Shown here: positions 35,413 to 40,940 of the stretch, piece by piece
How positions within the stretch are numbered: the stretch's first letter is position 1
How the letters are laid out: every line of letters starts with the position of its first letter
NCBI GenBank assembly: GCA_046539225.1
Contig: JBKHHG010000002.1
Coordinates: 1 to 40,940, forward strand
Reading direction: 5' to 3'
From: Candidatus Nanohaloarchaea archaeon
Lineage (GTDB): Archaea > Nanohalarchaeota > Nanosalinia > Nanosalinales > Nanosalinaceae
DNA length: 40,940 nucleotides
Translations under genes and position numbers: made by a program
The notes under the pieces: model-generated
What the model saw: the letters and a program-made list of their open reading frames with translations, nothing else
The model's database searches: none
What the model was told of the DNA's origin: nothing

Positions 35413-36311
35413 CATACATCTACCTTCTTGCGGGCGAAAACCTGGAGCTCGCGGAAGCCGAACTAAACGGGTTTCTCAGAAGCCAGGGCATAGAAGAAAA
35501 ACCGGAGAGAGATGGGAGACTGGGGTTCACGGATTCACATCCCGGAATGTTGAAGAGGCTGGCGTTGACGCACGAAGTAGCGGAGAAGATCGACGTTGAA
35601 AACTTCAGGCCTGAAGGAAGATACGCTGTCAGGGCGGAAAACCTTACAGGAGGCGAGATCGACAAAGAGGAGATAGAAGAAAGATTGGGCGAGAAACTTT
35701 CAACCTCAGGAAACAATGTAGACCTTGAAAACCCGGAAACCCTGGTAAAGGCCTTTGTAACCCCGGAAAGAACGTTCTATGGAGAAATGGTGCAGAACAT
35801 TGACAGAGGCCTTTTCAACGAGAGAAGCAACGAGAAAAGGCCTTTCTCCTCCCCGGTATCGCTCGATCCAGTGTTGGCGCGCGTGCTCGTCAACCTTTCG
35901 GAAGTTCCGGCCGGAGGAAAGGTTCTGGATCCTTTCTGCGGCACCGGAGGAATACTGATTGAGGCTGGGCTCTGCGGTATAGGCGTTAAAGGCCTCGATT
36001 TTCAGGAGGAGATGGTGGCGGGAACGGAAGAGAACCTGGAAAAGTACGGGATCTTGAACTATGATATACGGCAGGGCGATATTTTAGATGCTGAAGAAGA
36101 GTTTGAAAGCTTTGATGCGGTTATCTCGGATCTGCCTTACGGAAAGGCCTCCAAGAAAGAAGGTAGGCCGGTTGAAAAGTTTCTGGAGTTTATAGAAAAA
36201 CGGAAAGCAGTTTTCATGTATAACGAGGCCTCAGTAGGAGATTACGAGGCTGATTTCGAGGTCTTTGTCCACAGAAATCTTACTCGGTATATCTACGTTC
36301 TGGATCAATAA
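35409..36311 (+). CDS. trm11: tRNA (guanine-10) methyltransferase Trm11/TrmG10 (THUMP + MTase)
   Basis: VDLENP, RPFSSPVSLDP.LAR..VNL, LDPFCGTGGILIEA, DLPYG. Confidence 0.92.
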   Translation: MTYIYLLAGENLELAEAELNGFLRSQGIEEKPERDGRLGFTDSHPGMLKRLALTHEVAEKIDVENFRPEGRYAVRAENLTGGEIDKEEIEERLGEKLSTSGNNVDLENPETLVKAFVTPERTFYGEMVQNIDRGLFNERSNEKRPFSSPVSLDPVLARVLVNLSEVPAGGKVLDPFCGTGGILIEAGLCGIGVKGLDFQEEMVAGTEENLEKYGILNYDIRQGDILDAEEEFESFDAVISDLPYGKASKKEGRPVEKFLEFIEKRKAVFMYNEASVGDYEADFEVFVHRNLTRYIYVLDQ

Positions 36312-36727
36312 TACTTCTCCATTTTAGACGTTATATTTGCCTCACAATTTGGGTTCAAGGCCTCTCTAACGTCCTGGAGGGAAGTTCCCTCTTCTGTGAT
36401 GGTTTTCGCGGCTTCCACCAGTTTTTTCTGCCTGACGGCGTGTTCTTCTGTGTATTCTAAACGGGATACTGCAGGATGAGTATAGAGTTCTTCGGTTACA
36501 TCTCCTGAGGTAGGCCTCTGTAATTCTTCGCCGCCCTCCACCATGTTAAGGTTCATGGAGTAGTTTACCTGGTCTTCATAGGCGATTGCGAGAGGCAGTA
36601 TGCCTTCTTGAAGACGGGAGTGGACGAGGTATACCTCACTGTCCTGTAGGTCAACTCTACGGGCCTCCAGAGCATTATCATCAATCTGGTTCAGAAAGCG
36701 GCTGGCCGCGCCAACACTCTCAGACAT
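36305..36727 (-). CDS. Hypothetical protein
   Basis: 140-aa acidic ORF with TTTATGTA-like box upstream. Confidence 0.7.
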   Translation of the reverse strand: MSESVGAASRFLNQIDDNALEARRVDLQDSEVYLVHSRLQEGILPLAIAYEDQVNYSMNLNMVEGGEELQRPTSGDVTEELYTHPAVSRLEYTEEHAVRQKKLVEAAKTITEEGTSLQDVREALNPNCEANITSKMEKYY

Positions 36728-36808
36728 AATTGTTACTTTGACCTCACTACATAAATAGGTTTTGGTGGAGGCCTTACCGATAAAAGGTAATATCCTTTCA
36801 AGTAAAGT

Positions 36809-37717
36809 ATGAAAGTCTGGACGGTCGGAACCTCAAGCGCTGTACCCACGTCGGAAAGAGGCCTCGCATCGAATCTCATCGACTACAACGGGGAGAGAAT
36901 CCTGTTTGACTGCGGGGAAGGCACGCAGGAGACCTTGATGACTGAAAAAATGGGTTTAATGAAGATCAGCAGGATTTTCTTGTCGCACTGGCACGCCGAC
37001 CATTTCTCAGGCCTCCTCGGGCTAATACAGACTTTGGAGATGGAGGGCAGAGAAGAACCTCTGTATATCTATGGTCCTCCAAGAACCGAAGAGTTCACTG
37101 ACAGGATTCTTGACACCGGCTACTTCAACCGTTCATATGATATTTTCGTCGAGGACCTGGTTGAAGGCGATGAAATCGTCGGCGAAGGCTACAGGGTAAA
37201 ACCTTTCGAAGTTGATCACGGCATAAACGCGTTCGGATTCGTCTTCCAGGAAGACCCCGAGCAAAAAGCCAACAAGGAGAAAATGGAAGAGTTAGGCCTT
37301 TCAAACTCGCCGAAGATCGGCGACCTGAAAGATGGGGAAACTATTGAATGGAACGGGGAAACCATTAAACCCGGCCAGATAGTCGAAGAAGTCCCGGGAA
37401 GAAAAGTAGTTTATTCAGGAGATACCGAGAAGTCAGATAACCTGATTAGGCACGCTGAAAACGCTGATATTTTGATACACGAGGCCACCTGCCTCCACGA
37501 AATGATCGAGGATCGGCATGGTCACACCTCGGCGCTCCAGGCTGGAGAAACCGCAAAAGAGGCGGAAGTTGAGAAAATTGTTTTAACCCATTTCTCCCGG
37601 CGCTACCGGAACAATGAAGATGTCCTGCTACAGGAGGCCTCCCAGGAGTTTGAAAATGTCGAACTGGGAGAGGATGGGAAAGAGTTCGAGTTAAGGCCTC
37701 ACCGCCCGGAAAGCTAA
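36809..37717 (+). CDS. rnz: Ribonuclease Z
   Basis: GTSSAVP, FDCGEGTQ, SHWHADH, flexible arm, YSGDT, HEAT, LTHFSRRY. Confidence 0.96.
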   Translation: MKVWTVGTSSAVPTSERGLASNLIDYNGERILFDCGEGTQETLMTEKMGLMKISRIFLSHWHADHFSGLLGLIQTLEMEGREEPLYIYGPPRTEEFTDRILDTGYFNRSYDIFVEDLVEGDEIVGEGYRVKPFEVDHGINAFGFVFQEDPEQKANKEKMEELGLSNSPKIGDLKDGETIEWNGETIKPGQIVEEVPGRKVVYSGDTEKSDNLIRHAENADILIHEATCLHEMIEDRHGHTSALQAGETAKEAEVEKIVLTHFSRRYRNNEDVLLQEASQEFENVELGEDGKEFELRPHRPES

Positions 37718-38589
37718 GACTTGAGGTTCGAGTAGAAGTCCTCGATTCTTTCAACGAGGCCTTCACCACTTAATAGCTCGTCCACTTCATCAAGATCCAT
37801 TACCGACATGTCTATCGTATCCTGGTCATAGATCATGGCTTGCTCGTTGACAGGATCTATCAGGAGTCTTGCCCCGTCAAACTCTCCGGCCTCAAACACC
37901 TGGTTGATGCTGTCAAAGGTTTCACAGGCTTCCTCAAATGAGGCCTCTCTCACGGTTTCATAGGTTCCGACTGCTTCGTTAATACTTATTGCCTCTCCCA
38001 TGTGTTCAACCCTGTAGAACTCTGGAGGCTCGGAGGAATGCTCCGCTACAAATATTTCTCCGTCTTCTACAAACACTGTTCTGTCCATAAGGCCTAACTT
38101 GTCAGCCGTCTCCGAAGCTAACTCGATCATGAGGTCGGCCTCCTCACCGCTCACCGATTCCCCATCGTAGGCCTCGACTATCTCTGTGAGATGCGGTACG
38201 CTGACAGATACTCCTGTATCCGGGTTAGGTCCGAACATTATCTCTGTATCCGAGACATACGAATGTTCATACCTGTCCTCAAGCTCCGACAGGGTATCCA
38301 ACTTCTCCGGGATACTCTCAGCCAGAAGATACCGAGACAAATCACTGTATAAATCCTCCTCATCTATATCGACTTCCTCCGCCTCTGGCTTCCCTACAAG
38401 AAAATCAGTCAGGCCTTCTTCATCAACCATTTCGCTTTCAGAAGGCAGGAACACGTACCTGCCTTCTCCCACCGCCTGGAACGGATACTTCTCCACAAGA
38501 CGGTTCCAGGCCTCTCCGGAACCCTCCTTCAAGTATTCCGAAAGTTCGTCAACAAATCCCCAGTCATCAACGTATTCTCCAGCACCCAT
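37714..38589 (-). CDS. Very acidic hypothetical protein
   Basis: 291-aa D/E-rich ORF, no recognisable motif. Confidence 0.8.
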   Translation of the reverse strand: MGAGEYVDDWGFVDELSEYLKEGSGEAWNRLVEKYPFQAVGEGRYVFLPSESEMVDEEGLTDFLVGKPEAEEVDIDEEDLYSDLSRYLLAESIPEKLDTLSELEDRYEHSYVSDTEIMFGPNPDTGVSVSVPHLTEIVEAYDGESVSGEEADLMIELASETADKLGLMDRTVFVEDGEIFVAEHSSEPPEFYRVEHMGEAISINEAVGTYETVREASFEEACETFDSINQVFEAGEFDGARLLIDPVNEQAMIYDQDTIDMSVMDLDEVDELLSGEGLVERIEDFYSNLKS

Positions 38590-38616
38590 ACCTTAACTCT
38601 CAAAAAACAAAACTAT

Positions 38617-39141
38617 TTAATCCTCCAGATTCTTCGTCAACTTTCGATCCTTGCTGGGCTCGACCTCTAACTCTGCACCGGGGAAATCATTGTCAAGAGG
38701 CCTCTCCTGAAGCCGGTCCAGGAAAACCGCCAGAGCCGCTATCTCGCTGTGAGGCTGGTTCCCAACCGAGATATTGTAGTCGACGTGAGTGTACACCCAT
38801 CTCGGGACTTTTTCCGCGCCCACCACCACGAGAAGATCCTCGCCGTCGAACTCCTGCCTCAGGCCTTCAATCTTTTCCTCTACTTCTTCACCGTACATGG
38901 TAAGGTGGACTTTGAGGCCTTCAAACTGCTTTACCTCCCGCTTCCAGTCCTCGGTATACCTTACATTCATATCTCCGCCCCACCTTTCAATTATATCTCG
39001 CTGCGACTCCAACATCTTTGAATCTCTTTCACCTGAGAACACTACTTCACTGGCGCCCCACTGCCTTGCTGTAAGGCCTACATGCGTGGAGATCCTGTCA
39101 TCTCTTCCCGCTCGATGGCCAAGCCGGAGAACCTTTATCAT
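38617..39141 (-). CDS. trm56: tRNA (cytidine56-2'-O)-methyltransferase
   Basis: VLRLGHR..RD.R.STHVGLTAR, VHLTMYG, VVGAEKVP, NQPHSEIAALAVFLD. Confidence 0.96.
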   Translation of the reverse strand: MIKVLRLGHRAGRDDRISTHVGLTARQWGASEVVFSGERDSKMLESQRDIIERWGGDMNVRYTEDWKREVKQFEGLKVHLTMYGEEVEEKIEGLRQEFDGEDLLVVVGAEKVPRWVYTHVDYNISVGNQPHSEIAALAVFLDRLQERPLDNDFPGAELEVEPSKDRKLTKNLED

Positions 39142-39177
39142 ATTCTTCGATAACGTGGAGAAGATTATTAAGAATGA

Positions 39178-39257
39178 GAGCCCGAGACATTAATACCAAT
39201 GAAAGGTGGACACCCTACTCCACGACCACGTATCTCCAGCTCAGAGCTTTAACTCTG
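39178..39257. ncRNA. Possible structured element between divergent trm56 and thrS
   Basis: GAGC..GAGAC/TATCTC..GCTC outer stem, GTGGA/TCCAC inner stem, CAGAG/CTCTG hairpin; G-U pairs favour the minus strand. Confidence 0.25.
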
Positions 39258-39300
39258 GCGCCCAAAACCCTTTCTATCAAAACGTAAAAGTTGATTCTCA

Positions 39301-40940
39301 ATGATCCAAGTAGAACTACCAGACGGCTCAAGTTTAGATATAGAGGAAAACTCGACAGTAGAAGACGTCGCCTACAAAATAGGCACAGGCCTCGGCGACG
39401 ACACCGTCGCAGGAAAAATAAACAACGAACTCGTCGCCAAAGAAGAAAAAGTCAACGAAGGCGACAAAATAGAGATAATAACAGAAGACTCAGACGAATA
39501 CATCGACGTCCTCAGACACTCCGCCGCCCACGTCTTCGCACAGGCATTAAAACGCATCTACGGCGACGACGTAAAACTGACAATCGGGCCGTGGACCGAC
39601 GAAGGCTTCTACTACGACATCAAAGGAATAGAAATCGAAGAGGAAGACTTCGAGGAAATCGAAGAAGAAATGGAGAAGATCGTAGAAGAAGACCTGGAAA
39701 TAGAGCGGGAAACGCTTTCAAGAGAGGAAGCAGAGGAGTTCTTCGAAGACAACGAATACAAGAGGCAGATTCTGGATGAAGAGGCCTCTGAAGGAGACGA
39801 TGTGTCGTTCTACACACAGGGAGAGTTCAAGGACCTGTGTAAAGGACCTCACGTTTCCTCGACTGGAGAGGTCGGCGGCTTCAAGCTGCTGGAGATCGCT
39901 GGAGCGTACTGGAGAGGCGATGAAGAAAACGAGATGCTGACCCGTGTCTACGGAACCGCTTTCCCATCCGAGGACGAGCTTGAAGACTTTATGGAGAAGA
40001 AGCGGGAGGCGGAGAAACGCGATCACAGGAAGATCGGTCGGGAGATGGATCTTTTCTCGGTTCCGGAGCATGCTCCTGGGGCGCCACATTACCATAGAGC
40101 CGGGATGGTTATCAGGCGAGAGCTTGAAGAGTACATTAGAGAGAAGAATGAGGAGCTTGGTTACGAGGAGGTATGGACTCCTGAACTGAATAAGGCCGAT
40201 CTCTGGAAGAAGACCGGGCACTACGAAGCGTTTAAGGAGGACGGCGAGATGTTTGCCTGGGAGCAGAACGATGAGGAGTACGGCTTGAAGCCTATGAACT
40301 GCGCCAACCACTCGCATATCTTCGACTCCAACACAAGAAGCTACAAAGACCTTCCTATCAAACTTTCCGAGTTCGGAACTGTAAACAGGAATGAACAAAG
40401 CGGAGAGCTTTCAGGCCTTCTCAGAGTAAGAGTATTAACCCAGGACGATGGACACGCCTACATCAGAAAGGATCAAATTGAGGAAGAGATTAAGGCCCAC
40501 CTGGAGAAAATTATCGAGATGTACGACGAGTTCGGGTTTGATGTAAACTTCATCATGGAGACAAAGCCTCCGAAAGCTCAGGGACCCGACGAACTCTGGG
40601 ATGAAGCCGAAGAATCTCTCAGCAACGCAATGGACGAAGTAGTAGGCGACTACGAAGTCAAACCGGAAGAAGGCGCATTTTATGGCCCGAAAATCGGTGT
40701 AGAAGTGGAGGACGCGATCGGCAGAGAATGGCAGCTCGGGACAGTCCAGCTCGACTTCGTAATCCCGCGCAACTACGGATTGAAGTACCAGGGAGAAGAC
40801 AACGAAGAACACTACCCTGTCATGATCCACAGAGCAATTTTAGGATCAATCGAGCGTTTCATGGGCGTCATGATGGAACACTTCGCAGGAGACTTCCCAA
40901 CCTGGCTCGCACCAGAACAAGTCCGCATTTTACCTGTAAC
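39301..40940 (+). CDS. thrS: Threonyl-tRNA synthetase, bacterial-type architecture (TGS + N2 editing + catalytic), runs off the window
   Basis: Hand translation: MIQVELPDGS, LRHSAAHV, GFYYD, DLCKGPHV, AGAYWRGD, RDHRKIG, LKPMNC, GAFYGPKI, MIHRAILGSIERF. Confidence 0.97.
   Translation, partial: MIQVELPDGSSLDIEENSTVEDVAYKIGTGLGDDTVAGKINNELVAKEEKVNEGDKIEIITEDSDEYIDVLRHSAAHVFAQALKRIYGDDVKLTIGPWTDEGFYYDIKGIEIEEEDFEEIEEEMEKIVEEDLEIERETLSREEAEEFFEDNEYKRQILDEEASEGDDVSFYTQGEFKDLCKGPHVSSTGEVGGFKLLEIAGAYWRGDEENEMLTRVYGTAFPSEDELEDFMEKKREAEKRDHRKIGREMDLFSVPEHAPGAPHYHRAGMVIRRELEEYIREKNEELGYEEVWTPELNKADLWKKTGHYEAFKEDGEMFAWEQNDEEYGLKPMNCANHSHIFDSNTRSYKDLPIKLSEFGTVNRNEQSGELSGLLRVRVLTQDDGHAYIRKDQIEEEIKAHLEKIIEMYDEFGFDVNFIMETKPPKAQGPDELWDEAEESLSNAMDEVVGDYEVKPEEGAFYGPKIGVEVEDAIGREWQLGTVQLDFVIPRNYGLKYQGEDNEEHYPVMIHRAILGSIERFMGVMMEHFAGDFPTWLAPEQVRILPV

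Larger units (their letters stand above)
203..40418. repeat. Dispersed highly iterated palindrome AGGCCT (about 200 copies, first 203-208, last 40413-40418)
   Basis: Manual line-by-line count: ~50 copies by 10.3 kb, ~100 by 20.9 kb, ~200 in total; a random hexamer is expected ~10 times (40940/4096). Confidence 0.95.

Noticed and set aside
39291..39779. Arg-rich 162-aa ORF
   Set aside because: Alternative frame of thrS kept open by the T-poor A/C domain
1..40940. CRISPR arrays, IS elements, inteins, rRNA
   Set aside because: No regularly spaced repeats, transposase motifs, oversized genes with intein ends or rRNA-like stretches seen

Overview
Compact, gene-dense archaeal chromosome segment, most likely from a nanohaloarchaeon (DPANN). 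This assignment is inferred from the acidic proteins, the fused PriS-PriL primase, leaderless TATA promoters and short intergenic spacers. Most of the window is core informational machinery: rpoL, rpoK, TFS, PCNA, primase, GINS, RPA, r-proteins L44e, S27e, S2, L7Ae, S28e and L24e, aIF2-alpha, aIF5B, Nop10, Nop5, fibrillarin, Rpp21, RNase Z, Trm11, Trm56 and ThrRS. Repair/recombination genes (XPB, XPD, Nre, RmuC, an AddAB/AdnAB-like pair), ppa, enolase and three tRNAs are also present. The strongest signal that genes do not explain is the palindrome AGGCCT. A hand count gives about 200 copies (one per ~200 bp, against ~10 expected), in all reading frames and between genes, resembling the cyanobacterial highly iterated palindrome (HIP1). 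Other notable items: two different tRNAs whose introns share an identical 24-nt module; a tRNA-Gly flanked by copies of its own 5' and 3' ends separated by hairpins; a promoter-driven multi-hairpin ncRNA candidate; sub-kb to kb domains where wobble positions flip between A/C and G/T; several small decayed genes; and a probable ATC start codon. No CRISPR array, transposase or integrase was seen. All family calls come from motif recognition by eye, not database searches.
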